Source: an uncultured bacterium (GTDB taxonomy: Bacteria; Patescibacteriota; JACMRA01). Taken from it: DNA of 64,000 nucleotides. The notes beneath the pieces are model-generated. The model was not told the DNA's origin. It worked only from the letters and a program-made list of their open reading frames with translations, and did no database searches. A program made the position numbers and the translations under genes. Of this stretch, positions 30,440 to 43,750 are shown piece after piece; position 1 is the stretch's first letter; every line of letters starts with the position of its first letter. Location: NCBI GenBank assembly GCA_963784355.1, contig CAWAQU010000009.1:64001-128000 (forward strand), given 5' to 3'.

Positions 30440-31531
30440 TCAATCAGTGTTTTGCTCGGAATTTGCATGCTTCATAGCCCAAATAAAAGGCATAAGCTCA
30501 CCTTTTTCCAAGACATTCTCTACATCTGAGCTTTCGTAATTACTCCTATGGTCCTTAACTAATTTATAAGGGTGTAAAACATAGCTACGAATCTGGCTAC
30601 CCCACTGAGGAGATGAAAACTCCCCCTTAATCTCTTCTTTTAAAGCTTGATTTTGTTTAAGCTGATATACAGCTAATCTATTGGTCAGATATTTTAATGC
30701 CTGTTGCTTATTTTGAACTTGACTTCGTTCGTTTTGGCAGCTGACACTAATATTTGTCGGGATATGTATTACCTTAACGGCGCTATAAGTTGTGTTCACA
30801 CTTTGTCCACCTTTTCCGGACGAGGTTGAGTATTCCCATCTCAAATCTTTTTCAGGTATTTCAGTAATTTTAGCTACTTCATTTATATTAGCTGGTATAA
30901 GCTCTACTAAAGCAAATGAGGTTTCTCGAGTTTTACCTGCATTAAATGGAGAAATTCTAACTAATCTATGTACTCCAGCCTCTTCTTTAAGATAACCATA
31001 AACATACTCGCCTTTAATATCTAAAAAAACAGATTTTGTCCCCCCTTCCTCCCCGGCGGAAAAAGAAATGACCTCCCATTCCCAGCCCTGTTTTGTGCAA
31101 AATGTCTGATACATACTGGTTAGCATACTTGCCCAATCTTGTGCGTCTAGCCCGCCAGCGCCAGCGTGAATAGATAATTGTGCCCCATCTCTATCAAATT
31201 TACCATTGAAATGATTTTTTATTTGTAGTGAATTGTATTCTTTAAGGAGATTATTATAAATTTTATGTATTTCTACTTCTTCATTCAATTCAATGGCAAT
31301 TTGTAGATTATCAAGCTCAGCACTTACACGCTCAAAATATTTTATTTTATCTTCCAAAAACTTTAACTCCTTACTAGTTTCTGTACTTTTCTCAATATTT
31401 GACCAAATTTCAGGATCATTTAACGTATTTTGCTTCTTTAAAATCTCTATTTTAACATTTTCCAGATTAATTTCTTCTAGAGTATCTTTAAAATTTTTTA
31501 TGAAACTGGCGTATTCCTGTTGGGTCAGCAT
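30440..31531 (-). CDS. prfB: Peptide chain release factor 2 (no internal frameshift)
   Basis: GAGG..AQDWA, SPF, GGQ, QIRSYVLHPY; continuous ORF. Confidence 0.96.
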   Translation of the reverse strand: MLTQQEYASFIKNFKDTLEEINLENVKIEILKKQNTLNDPEIWSNIEKSTETSKELKFLEDKIKYFERVSAELDNLQIAIELNEEVEIHKIYNNLLKEYNSLQIKNHFNGKFDRDGAQLSIHAGAGGLDAQDWASMLTSMYQTFCTKQGWEWEVISFSAGEEGGTKSVFLDIKGEYVYGYLKEEAGVHRLVRISPFNAGKTRETSFALVELIPANINEVAKITEIPEKDLRWEYSTSSGKGGQSVNTTYSAVKVIHIPTNISVSCQNERSQVQNKQQALKYLTNRLAVYQLKQNQALKEEIKGEFSSPQWGSQIRSYVLHPYKLVKDHRSNYESSDVENVLEKGELMPFIWAMKHANSEQNTD

Positions 31532-31532
31532 A

Positions 31533-33359
31533 TTATTCTTTTTCCTTCACCACTCTTAAATCTATGTTAGATTTTATGCCTGGCATATTAATACCAGAGT
31601 CCTTTTTATCAATATTGGTAATCTCGGGACAATCTTTAGATAAGTTCTTTTTCGCGTCGTCAAACTCTGTACTATTAACTAAATCAACAAATTTTTTCTT
31701 ATCAAAACATGAAGTTTCTAATTTATAATTGTAGAGTATTTTCAATTTAATAGAATCTGTAACTCTTGGGTTGGATTGTATATCTAAAATGTTTATATTA
31801 CTAATTTCTATTTCCTTTGGCCTAGAATCATTTGAGGATAAAATTGTATTTTTTAACTGATCCTGAGTGAGATAGTAGATATCTAGATCAGTTTGAGCTT
31901 TGGCAACTAATTTTTCACTACGGTCCCCGGGAACATTGCTATAACTATATTTTGTATCTTTATATTTGTACCATTCAGAATTTGTATAAACTTTTTCTTT
32001 TTGAATATTTTTAATCTCTTTTTGAATATTTTCAGCTAATTTGGCATCTACTTTTTGAGTTACAAAATTTTTATCTTGCTCGCTTACATAGCTTTCACCT
32101 GAAGTGTAAGTATTCTCAATTGGTGAAATTGTAATTGCATAGCAACTTAAACAAACTCTCTGATTTCTTAAGTTCAAAATGTCTAATTTAGTATTTACAG
32201 GTAAATTGCTATTTATAGACTCTGATTGCACTTCAAACACGTAGGTGTCAGTTGATTTATATTTACCTGGTATAGAAAAACTGGAAGGTAATTGTTTGTT
32301 GGGATTTACTTGATAGTATATATTATTATCGGAAACAAGCTTAAATCTACCATTATCTAAATCTACTTCACCACCACCATTATTGACTAAACTTACCTGT
32401 CCTATAGCTCTATCTGTCTTTAGTTCTTTTTTACCCCTAACTTCTACAGAGTCTTCACCAGTTAACTGAATATTGGTTTTCTGAAAATCAGCTACACTAA
32501 TATTTATATCAGCCACGCCCTCTAAGCTCACAGGTGTAATTTCTATAGTATAAACTTTTGTAGGAAAAAACATCAAGACCATTATTGAAAATAAACTTAA
32601 ACCCGCAGACAATGAAAATATTTTAAATAAATTTATCTTGGGTTTACTATAACTATTCTCCAAATCTATAGAACCAGGGCTATAATGCTTATCCTGATTC
32701 CTAATGTTCTCCAAAGCTGTTTTTGCACTTGTGATTCTATCAAGGAGACTATCAAGATTTTGTTTTGGATCAAGACTTGCGGCATTTTCTTGGTTTAAGC
32801 GATCAAGCAATACGCTGGAATTAAAATCCTGTTTCTTTAGTAAAGTCTCTGCTGATAAGGTCTCTGTTGGATAAGTACTAAACTCTTTTAAATTAAAATT
32901 AAAGTTGGGCTGAGGGTTTGTAAGCTCCGTATTATTTCTAAAAAAACTTTTTGAATTTGGTGCTTGTTGATTGTAATTCGGCTGATTTGATTGTACTTTT
33001 TCGGTCTGATAGCTTACTTCTTCAAAATTCTGAAAACTAGCATGCTGAGTGACCAAATTGTTATTAAATTGCGTAGGAAGAAGGTATTGATTTTTTGTAT
33101 ATATATTTATATCTGATTGTGTGGCAATATTTGCACTACACTCTTTTAAAAACTCTAAGATCTTAATTTCCTTGCTATACCACAAAATTTTTCTAGGGTA
33201 TTTGCTTATTTGATAATTAAATACAGTAAAAGCAATTTTGGTATTTAAAAATACAGGTAAATTTTGTATGTACAATATAAGATCACCAGTCTTGTCCGCT
33301 TCTATTTCCAATACTTTTATTAAATCTTGTTTGCTTGTGTAAGCACTAATAGTTAACAT
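31533..33359 (-). CDS. Single-TM hypothetical protein, possibly baseplate-J/gp47-like CPR family
   Basis: Cytoplasmic N-domain, central TM, A.G.V.LVN beta-rich extracellular part. Confidence 0.5.
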   Translation of the reverse strand: MLTISAYTSKQDLIKVLEIEADKTGDLILYIQNLPVFLNTKIAFTVFNYQISKYPRKILWYSKEIKILEFLKECSANIATQSDINIYTKNQYLLPTQFNNNLVTQHASFQNFEEVSYQTEKVQSNQPNYNQQAPNSKSFFRNNTELTNPQPNFNFNLKEFSTYPTETLSAETLLKKQDFNSSVLLDRLNQENAASLDPKQNLDSLLDRITSAKTALENIRNQDKHYSPGSIDLENSYSKPKINLFKIFSLSAGLSLFSIMVLMFFPTKVYTIEITPVSLEGVADINISVADFQKTNIQLTGEDSVEVRGKKELKTDRAIGQVSLVNNGGGEVDLDNGRFKLVSDNNIYYQVNPNKQLPSSFSIPGKYKSTDTYVFEVQSESINSNLPVNTKLDILNLRNQRVCLSCYAITISPIENTYTSGESYVSEQDKNFVTQKVDAKLAENIQKEIKNIQKEKVYTNSEWYKYKDTKYSYSNVPGDRSEKLVAKAQTDLDIYYLTQDQLKNTILSSNDSRPKEIEISNINILDIQSNPRVTDSIKLKILYNYKLETSCFDKKKFVDLVNSTEFDDAKKNLSKDCPEITNIDKKDSGINMPGIKSNIDLRVVKEKE

Positions 33360-33380
33360 AAAGTGGATATAGATTAATTT

Positions 33381-33455
33381 TGGTAGCGCTACGGGGAGTC
33401 GAACCCCGCTTGCAGGAATGAGAATCCTGAGTCCTAACCGATAGACGATAGCGCC
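33381..33455 (-). tRNA. tRNA-Glu (CTC)
   Basis: Reverse complement GGCGCTA...CAGGA tt CTC at TCCTG...GGTTCGACTCC...TAGCGCT-A-CCA. Confidence 0.95.
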
Positions 33456-33626
33456 ACTTTAAATTGAAGAACCACTCCTAATATGCAGTATAAGTTAGAG
33501 GTTTGTCAAGGTCAGATTTGATGAGTAGTTTACAGTAGCTGTGTTTGTTTAACAAAATAAAATTTTTGAGATCAGCTAAATTTAAGAGTAGTTTTGTGTT
33601 ATTCAATTTACCAATCAAGTAGTGCT

Positions 33627-34052
33627 TTAATTAAATTTATTAATTCTTCTTATGTGTCTCTGGCTATTATCAAAAGTTGTTCTTAAAAATTCATTTACCA
33701 ATAAAACTGCTTTCTCATAAGTAATAAACCTTCCTGCCAGGCAAAGAACATTGGCGTTATTATGTTTTTTGATCAAATCAACAATTTCGGGATTATCAGT
33801 AGCTCCTGCTCTAATCCAAGGGTGCCGATTTAAAGCCATGCAAATGCCTTGTCCAGTACCACAAAACACTATAGCCAAACTTTCTGGCTCTTTTTTTAAA
33901 ACCTCGGCCACTTCCTTTGCCCTGTCCGGATAGTCGTCATTTGAATCATAAATGGGTGCAAGGTCAAAATGCTGGAGCTGTATTTCTGCTAAATAAAGTT
34001 TTATTTTTTCCTTTAGATCAAAGCCTGCATGGTCCGCCGATAAAAAAATCAT
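33627..34052 (-). CDS. rpiB: Ribose-5-phosphate isomerase B
   Basis: ADHAG, DYPD, CGTGQG, HNNANVL, RHIRRI. Confidence 0.95.
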   Translation of the reverse strand: MIFLSADHAGFDLKEKIKLYLAEIQLQHFDLAPIYDSNDDYPDRAKEVAEVLKKEPESLAIVFCGTGQGICMALNRHPWIRAGATDNPEIVDLIKKHNNANVLCLAGRFITYEKAVLLVNEFLRTTFDNSQRHIRRINKFN

Positions 34053-34084
34053 ATTTTGACAATCTAAAAATTTAAAGTATCTAT

Positions 34085-34096
34085 AAACACGTGTTT
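34085..34096. repeat. Palindrome AAACACGTGTTT, copy 3 (intergenic)
   Basis: at-AAACACGTGTTT-ta between divergent rpiB and trmD. Confidence 0.85.
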
Positions 34097-34118
34097 TAGT
34101 TTAACTTTTTTTTGTCCA

Positions 34119-34974
34119 GTGCTATTTAATATTTTCACTCTTCATCCTAATATATTTCACTCTTTTTATTGCTGAAAGCTTAATTGCCAGAGGAATCTCC
34201 AAACACGTGTTTCAGATAAATTTTTGTAATTGGAGAGAAAATTTTGGCATAGGAAATTATAAACAAGTTGATGACAAACCCTACGGCGGCGGTACTGGAA
34301 TGGTACTTAAGCCAGAGCCAATTTTTGAGGCTCTAAAATCATACAATGCTATAAGCGATCTCTATCAAGCACCAAATGAACCGCAAGTACACCATAAAAT
34401 ATTACCTAATAATCTTAAGTTTTATAATCAAGTGCAAGCTACCGGAAAATTTGATAAGGTGACAATTATGATGACTCCCCGAGGCTATAAACTTAATCAA
34501 CAAACTGCCCAGTGGCTTACAAAATTTGATAAAATAAATATTTTATGTGGCAGGTACGAGGGTTTTGATAGTCGTATATCTGACACAGTTGACTTAGAAA
34601 TTTCTATAGGTGATTTTGTTTTAAATGGTGGTGAGGTAGGAGCTATGGCTACAATCGAAACTGTAGCAAGACTTTTACCAGGGTTTATAACTAAAGAAAA
34701 TTCGGTACTACATGATTCTTTCTCTGAGGAACTAAATTATTATAAAGAACACGAAAATTTTTTCTTGAAAACTAAAAATAACCAAAAAATAGAAAATACC
34801 AACACTCTTTTTGACGAACAACAATGGATAGAAAAAACCTTGCCCTTAATTGAGCATCCACAGTATACTAGACCGCTAATTTGGGGAAATTATGAGGTAC
34901 CTCAAGTGTTGTTGTCAGGCAGCCATAAGCAAGTGCAATCTTGGCGTCAAGCTGAGTGGAGATTTGACAAGTAA
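34119..34974 (+). CDS. trmD: tRNA (m1G37) methyltransferase with a +1 frameshift near codon 16
   Basis: VDDKPYGGGTGM, CGRYEG, SIGDFVLNGGE, HPQYTRP; conserved N-terminus (GTG 34119, LFNIFTLHPNIF) is in a different frame. Confidence 0.9.
34201..34212. repeat. Palindrome AAACACGTGTTT, copy 4 (inside trmD)
   Basis: cc-AAACACGTGTTT-ca. Confidence 0.85.
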
Positions 34975-35030
34975 TATTAATTTGCCTATATTTATGATTG
35001 TCTAGTTTGCATTTGCCTTTAAGCATAACT

Positions 35031-36656
35031 ATGCCCTTCGAGTTTCATTTAAACCAACCCAACTTTAATTTAAATAGTAACATAAGTTTATCTGACAGTT
35101 TTCATTACCAGCCTAATTTTGTATTAGTCGGAGATGGAAATTCAGCTAAAACCTCTATGGGTTCTATTTTTGGAGATATATTACCTATATATCCATCATA
35201 TCAGGAATTGACCAGTACAATAGTCACATCTTTTGATAGTTTTATAAGCTTAATTTTGCTTAGCAAGACTTTCTCAATATGTTTATTAAGTTTTTTAAAT
35301 ACCGTTTTAAGTAATAGTATATACCAGACTTTTGTACTTGCCAGTTCAGTATATGAACAAGTTAGAGAAATACCTAGTATATATTCTGCTACTTACAAAA
35401 AAGTTCTTGACCTGACTGACTTATTTGCAAGCCAACAAGGAAGAGAATTATGGTGGTTAGAGGTAAAACTAGATATTAAAAACTTAGTAAATAAAGCCCA
35501 TAGTATAATTTCTCTAATTTTAGAGGTTACTAAAAAGTTTTATTTAGCATTTGTAATTTTCTTGGCCATAGGTTTCTTAAACTATGCCACTATATATAAT
35601 AGTCTATCGGCAAGTTCAAGCAGCTTTTTGTCCAGGTTTATACAAAATTATAGTTTGAATGCTGCATATACTCCGGTAAATAACAGTTATTCATATGCAA
35701 ACTCAACCTCCTCAATTCCAGTCTATTCTTCAACCAATATTTCTCCAATTCAAATAATTACAGAATACGAGGTAAGTGAAGATGAAAATCTGCAACAAAT
35801 TTCTAATGAATTTGGTATAAAAACTGAGACTATTAAATTAAATAACCCTACCATTCAGACAGATGTAAATGCTGGTCAGAAAATATATATACCTTGGACA
35901 GACGGCTATCTTTTGAATTCACCTAAAAAAATTACTCCAGAAGACTTAGAAACATTATATGGAGTTAAAAAAGATTTATTAGTTGCCCAAAATTTTGCTG
36001 CCTACAACTCAACTGAGAACAGTTTCCCTCAAGATTCTATCATTCTAATACCAACTGACGATTTAAATAAAATTGAAAACGGAAATAAGATGCTAGAGTC
36101 TCAAAAGAAAATGGCAAAAGAGGCTGAAAAGCAAACCGGATCAACGACAAAACAGGCTGAACCTCAGAAACAAACTGAAGCTGAAGCTGAACAGAAAAAA
36201 ACTCAGAACTTGAGTAATATATCTACCCAATCCTCCAAGAAAATTATTAAAGAGCAAAAATCTGTAGCTGTAGAAGCTAGTAAGGAAGGGTTTATTTGGC
36301 CAACTACAGGTGCTATAAGTAGATGTTTCTCAAGTGGCCACCGAGGTTGTGACATTACAAATTCATCCGAACCTGATATCATTGCAGCAAAAAGTGGTGT
36401 TATAAAAACGGTAGGATATGAAGCCGGTGGTTATGGAAACTTTGTGGTAATTAATCACGGCAACAATCTATATACTCTCTATGCACACATGCAAAAAGTG
36501 TATGTTTCAGAAGGTGCAGTTGTTTCTCAAGGAAAAGCTATTGGTCAAATGGGTTGCGTAGGTAGGTGCACTGGTACTCATCTTCACTTCGAAGTTCGTT
36601 CAGGTAGTGATAGTAAATCCAACTCAGTAAATCCACTTCCTTATTTAAAAGGGTAG
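35031..36656 (+). CDS. LysM + M23 peptidase (murein endopeptidase); start uncertain
   Basis: LysM-like YEVSEDENLQQIS; FIWP, HRGCD, YAH, HLHFE. Confidence 0.88.
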   Translation: MPFEFHLNQPNFNLNSNISLSDSFHYQPNFVLVGDGNSAKTSMGSIFGDILPIYPSYQELTSTIVTSFDSFISLILLSKTFSICLLSFLNTVLSNSIYQTFVLASSVYEQVREIPSIYSATYKKVLDLTDLFASQQGRELWWLEVKLDIKNLVNKAHSIISLILEVTKKFYLAFVIFLAIGFLNYATIYNSLSASSSSFLSRFIQNYSLNAAYTPVNNSYSYANSTSSIPVYSSTNISPIQIITEYEVSEDENLQQISNEFGIKTETIKLNNPTIQTDVNAGQKIYIPWTDGYLLNSPKKITPEDLETLYGVKKDLLVAQNFAAYNSTENSFPQDSIILIPTDDLNKIENGNKMLESQKKMAKEAEKQTGSTTKQAEPQKQTEAEAEQKKTQNLSNISTQSSKKIIKEQKSVAVEASKEGFIWPTTGAISRCFSSGHRGCDITNSSEPDIIAAKSGVIKTVGYEAGGYGNFVVINHGNNLYTLYAHMQKVYVSEGAVVSQGKAIGQMGCVGRCTGTHLHFEVRSGSDSKSNSVNPLPYLKG

Positions 36657-36657
36657 T

Positions 36658-36727
36658 TTGACAAATTCTGTTAAGTACGTTAAATTTAAATTAATATCAG
36701 TTTCGCATTTCGCGGAACTTTTTCATT
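36658..36727 (+). promoter_or_regulatory. nusA promoter and leader terminator-like hairpin
   Basis: TTGACA-17-TAAATT, then AGTTTCGC ATTTC GCGGAACT TTTTCATT. Confidence 0.6.
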
Positions 36728-36796
36728 GATGTAAGTTAAAATTTTACATACTTTTACATACAAACCTTATTATAAAAACTTATTGCAACCATAATT

Positions 36797-37900
36797 ATGT
36801 CTTTAAATTCAGAAGAACTAAAACAACAGATAGAGCTTATTTGTATAGAAAGAGGTCTAGAGCCTGACGAGGTGATGAAAGCTATTGAAGTAGCTCTAGC
36901 TAGCGCCTACCGTAAAGAATTTGGTGAAAAAGAAAAAGCTTATGAAGCTAAATTTGATGAATTGACCGGCCAATACTCTATATACGAAACCACAGCAATT
37001 GTAGAAGAGGTTTTGAATCCTGCTAGAGAAATTACTTTAATTGATGCTAAACTGTTTGATCCAAATGCTCAGTCAGGTGATATCATTAGAAAAGAGATTG
37101 CTATTGATAAGGAGATTGAATTTGGTAGAATTGCAGCCCAAGTAGCTAGGCAAGTTTTGTTCCAAGCTATAAATAGCGTAAGACATACCAAAGTATTACA
37201 ACAATTCAAGGATAAAATTGGAGATATTGTAACAGTGGAGATTGATTTCTATAAAAAAGGTGGCTACAATGTAAAACTCGCTCAAACTACAGGCTATATA
37301 AATAAAGAAAACTTATTGCCTATTGATAAATTCAAACCTGGACAGATAGTTAAAGCACTAGTTGTTGATATTGCTGAAGATATCCATGGTAATTCAAAAA
37401 TCGTTTTATCTAGAGCTCATCCAGATTTTGTAAAAGCTATAATTACGCACGAAATACCTGAAGTTGCTGCAGGAATTGTAAGTATTAATAAAATTGTAAG
37501 GGAACCAGGTAGCAGAAGTAAAATTTTGGTTTCGGCCGGTGAAGAAGAAAATATTGATCCTGTTGGTACAATTCTGGGAAGAAAAAATGTTAGAATCACT
37601 AATATAATGCGTGAAATCAGCAATTCTCTCCAGGAAAAGATTGATGTAATTGAAGATAGACCAGATGATTTAGAAGGAATGGTAATGGACGCCTTAGAGC
37701 CTGCTGAAATTGATCGTGTGGAAATCAATAAAGACGCTAAAACTGCAGATGTATATTGCTATGCAGATGAAGCTTCATTAGCAGTTGGTAGAAGAGGTGT
37801 AAATATTAGACTAGCTGGTGAGCTTTTGGGTCTTACTTTAAGTATCAAGGTAATAGAAGAAGATGCGCGGACTTCACAAGGTCCTACAATCGTAGCCTAA
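36797..37900 (+). CDS. nusA: Transcription termination factor NusA
   Basis: FGRIAAQVARQ, S1 domain, REPGSRSKI, AVGRRGVNIRLA. Confidence 0.96.
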   Translation: MSLNSEELKQQIELICIERGLEPDEVMKAIEVALASAYRKEFGEKEKAYEAKFDELTGQYSIYETTAIVEEVLNPAREITLIDAKLFDPNAQSGDIIRKEIAIDKEIEFGRIAAQVARQVLFQAINSVRHTKVLQQFKDKIGDIVTVEIDFYKKGGYNVKLAQTTGYINKENLLPIDKFKPGQIVKALVVDIAEDIHGNSKIVLSRAHPDFVKAIITHEIPEVAAGIVSINKIVREPGSRSKILVSAGEEENIDPVGTILGRKNVRITNIMREISNSLQEKIDVIEDRPDDLEGMVMDALEPAEIDRVEINKDAKTADVYCYADEASLAVGRRGVNIRLAGELLGLTLSIKVIEEDARTSQGPTIVA

Positions 37901-38020
37901 AATACTAAAAAGATAATTCTAAAAATAGAAAAGGAGGTTTTTTAATCCTATTTATTACATTAAAGTCTAAAAACTAAGCGACTAAAATCTTTAATGGCTA
38001 TTTATCTAAATTAACTTTGC

Positions 38021-38710
38021 TTATTTACTACCAAACCAAATTCTACCTAGACTGTTTTCTGGTATCTCAATTTCTGTTTCTGAGTCATTTTCGCAGTTTT
38101 TGGATTGATTTACTTGAATAGCATCAGATATTTTACATCGATTGGAGTCCTTTTTTGACACATCTTTATCTTTGTTTACAATCTCTTTACCAAAATGTTG
38201 TACTACAAATATGGTTGGCCTATCATCCAATTTACCATAAGAAATACCAATCCCGGTCTCTTCTACCTCTTTATTTAAAATGTTTTCTCGATGTGAGGGT
38301 GAGTTCATCCAGGCTTCAACCATCTTACTCACTGACTCAAAACCATTAGCTAAATTTTCCCCTGCAATTATGTATTCATAACTGGACTCCTTTATAAAAT
38401 CAGACCATTTTTTGCCTGATGGACTAACGTGCGAAAAATATGGTACTTTATAATTTGCCATATCCTCAGCTTTAGCCTGAGCAGAATTGTTGAGTTTTGT
38501 GTTAAGCTTAAGTACAGGTAGCTGTTTTTTTGTCCTTTCTTGATTGACAGCAGATAAAACCTGCTCCTTACTGTAACTACTAGCTAAGGCAATATTTTGA
38601 GTTTTGGTAGTTTGGGTCAGAAAAAAACTAAATACAACCACAGATATAAGACAGGCAATACCTGAAACCAAAAGTAGCAATTGATTTTTCACAAAATTTC
38701 TAAGAGACAC
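38021..38710 (-). CDS. CAP/SCP domain protein
   Basis: NQER, AQAKAEDM, YFSH, AGENLA, WMNSPSHRENIL. Confidence 0.92.
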   Translation of the reverse strand: MSLRNFVKNQLLLLVSGIACLISVVVFSFFLTQTTKTQNIALASSYSKEQVLSAVNQERTKKQLPVLKLNTKLNNSAQAKAEDMANYKVPYFSHVSPSGKKWSDFIKESSYEYIIAGENLANGFESVSKMVEAWMNSPSHRENILNKEVEETGIGISYGKLDDRPTIFVVQHFGKEIVNKDKDVSKKDSNRCKISDAIQVNQSKNCENDSETEIEIPENSLGRIWFGSK

Positions 38711-38754
38711 CTTATACTAATTGTATCACACAAAATCATTTGTAGCAAACTTAT

Positions 38755-39174
38755 ATGGAAATAAAAAATATTTGGTTTTTACCATTAAAAGTCTATAGCG
38801 ACGAGGTTTTAAGGGTTAGCTACTTAAAGATATTAACTAGAGATAAATTTGAAACTATCAAACTACCTACAAGTCTAGAAAATTATAAGTTTAGCTATAA
38901 TCTAACTCCACAAAATTTACTTTTTGGTGAATTAATAAAAACTAGAAAAAATTGGATTCTTAAAAACATACTAGAGACAAAAAATTTGGTCGAACTCGAA
39001 AATTTTGAAGCCTATCTAAAATTGAGTGAAATGGTAAAAATAATTCTAAAATATTTTCAAGATGACTTGGAAGCTGATATTTTGGATAACACTATAAGTA
39101 TGCTAAGTGAAAATAAACACTTTGACACGACAAATTTTGAAGAGTTTTTGGAGAAAAAAATGGGATTTAAATAG
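38755..39174 (+). CDS. Hypothetical protein, possibly a degenerate RecO
   Basis: ILTRD and NLTP pattern with a helical C-part loosely resemble the RecO OB fold. Confidence 0.35.
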   Translation: MEIKNIWFLPLKVYSDEVLRVSYLKILTRDKFETIKLPTSLENYKFSYNLTPQNLLFGELIKTRKNWILKNILETKNLVELENFEAYLKLSEMVKIILKYFQDDLEADILDNTISMLSENKHFDTTNFEEFLEKKMGFK

Positions 39175-39419
39175 AATTAAATTTATACTCACTCGACTAA
39201 TGTGATGACGGCAATTTTAAAGACCTAAAATTAGATGAAATGTAAAATTATTTTAGGTAAGTTTTAGAAATTTAAAGTATGTATTAAAAACAAGTTTTGA
39301 TACCGTGGCTGCTGAGGCTTAGTAATTACTGGTGTTAAAGATAAAAAAGAAAAATATCTTGACAAAAGTCTGAAAATATATATAGATATATATCACTACG
39401 ATAAAACGAAAAACGTAGT

Positions 39420-39440
39420 AGATTTACAGCTGGATTCTAA
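39420..39440 (+). other. 5' strand of the 23S pre-rRNA processing stem (pairs with 42652-42672)
   Basis: AGATTTACAGCTGGATTCTAA pairs with TTAGAATTCAGCTGTAAGTCT (two G-U). Confidence 0.85.
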
Positions 39441-39522
39441 TAATAAAATAAACGCACGACTCATTATTTAAATCTTTAAGTAAAGAGCGGGTGTGTAAGT
39501 TCATATACAAAAGTTTACTAAA

Positions 39523-42615
<3,093 letters not shown>

Positions 42616-42683
42616 TATTAAATTTTTGATATTGAAATAAAAACATATTATTTAGAATTCAGCTGTAAGTCTTGATACAAGAT

Positions 42684-42706
42684 TAGCTCCAAAAGAGCTA
42701 TTTTTT
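42684..42706 (+). terminator. Intrinsic terminator of the 23S unit
   Basis: TAGCTC CAAAA GAGCTA TTTTTT. Confidence 0.75.
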
Positions 42707-42921
42707 GTTGTCTTAAAAATGAAGATATATTTATCTCATTACTCCAGTAAATAAGCCATTAAACTATAGAATAAACATAGGTCTCATTTAGTAAGCTTTT
42801 GACAAAAAGAAAATTTTGTGATTTTGAGTTGAGAATGTTTGTACTAGACTCAAGAAAATATTTAGAGATTGGTGATATTTTTAGGATACTGGCTAAGCGG
42901 TTCATCCTAAATCTATTCTCC

Positions 42922-42933
42922 AAACACGTGTTT
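42922..42933. repeat. Palindrome AAACACGTGTTT, copy 5 (intergenic)
   Basis: cc-AAACACGTGTTT-ca. Confidence 0.85.
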
Positions 42934-42973
42934 CAAAGAGGCCTAAAGTTAAGTAAAAATAGGACTTTTTGAT

Positions 42974-43750
42974 ATGGCTGTTTTACTTTTGAGAGTGGTA
43001 AAATATAGTTTTTTGAGATATTTAGCTTATCCGTGGGAAATATTTTTCTATTTACTAAAGCAAATTTTACAAATATTTTTTCTGTTATTTTTCTGGAGTT
43101 TAGTCTTAGGGCCGAATGGGAATATTAGGGATTTAAGTGCATATTTTTTTATTGCGGTAGGGGTTAAAGATTTAGTTATGTTTGATTTGAGAGACTATGG
43201 TAGATTTCTGAGAAAAAGTATTAAATTCGGTAATTTTAACAATTATTTAATCAAGCCAATTCAGGTTATTCCCTACACTTTTGCTACTGTTTTGGGTCAG
43301 AACTTACTCAATTATATTGTAGCAATTTTGTATATAATTATTGGGATATTTATGAGGCCCCCCTCGAATATTTTAGGGTTTTTGTACTTTGGATTGTTTT
43401 TAATCGTTGCTATTTGTATTTCTTTTGCAATAAATTTGTTTGAAGGAGCTTTAACTTTTGTATTTGTGGAGGCTACAGGTATTGTTAATTCGATTTACCA
43501 TGTGGCAAGAATCTTGTCAGGGGCTGTAATTCCACTTTATTATTTTCCTGAAAATATTAGATATTTAGCCGAGCTTACACCTTTTCCGGCGATTGTATAC
43601 GGGCCGGCGAATAGCTTGAGGCTTGAAAATATTGTGGGACATGATTTAGTAATTTTGCTTTCTGGAATATTTTGGGCAGTAGTTTTGAATATAGGTGTAA
43701 TTATTTTTTGGTATAAAAATTTAAAAAGTTATGAAGCTGTCGGAATTTAA
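42974..43750 (+). CDS. ABC-2 type exporter permease (DUF990-like)
   Basis: Multiple TMs, G...YLIKP, LSGAVIPL..FP. Confidence 0.88.
   Translation: MAVLLLRVVKYSFLRYLAYPWEIFFYLLKQILQIFFLLFFWSLVLGPNGNIRDLSAYFFIAVGVKDLVMFDLRDYGRFLRKSIKFGNFNNYLIKPIQVIPYTFATVLGQNLLNYIVAILYIIIGIFMRPPSNILGFLYFGLFLIVAICISFAINLFEGALTFVFVEATGIVNSIYHVARILSGAVIPLYYFPENIRYLAELTPFPAIVYGPANSLRLENIVGHDLVILLSGIFWAVVLNIGVIIFWYKNLKSYEAVGI

Noticed and set aside
30440-31531. Programmed +1 frameshift in prfB
   Set aside because: ORF is continuous; no CTT-TGA site near the start
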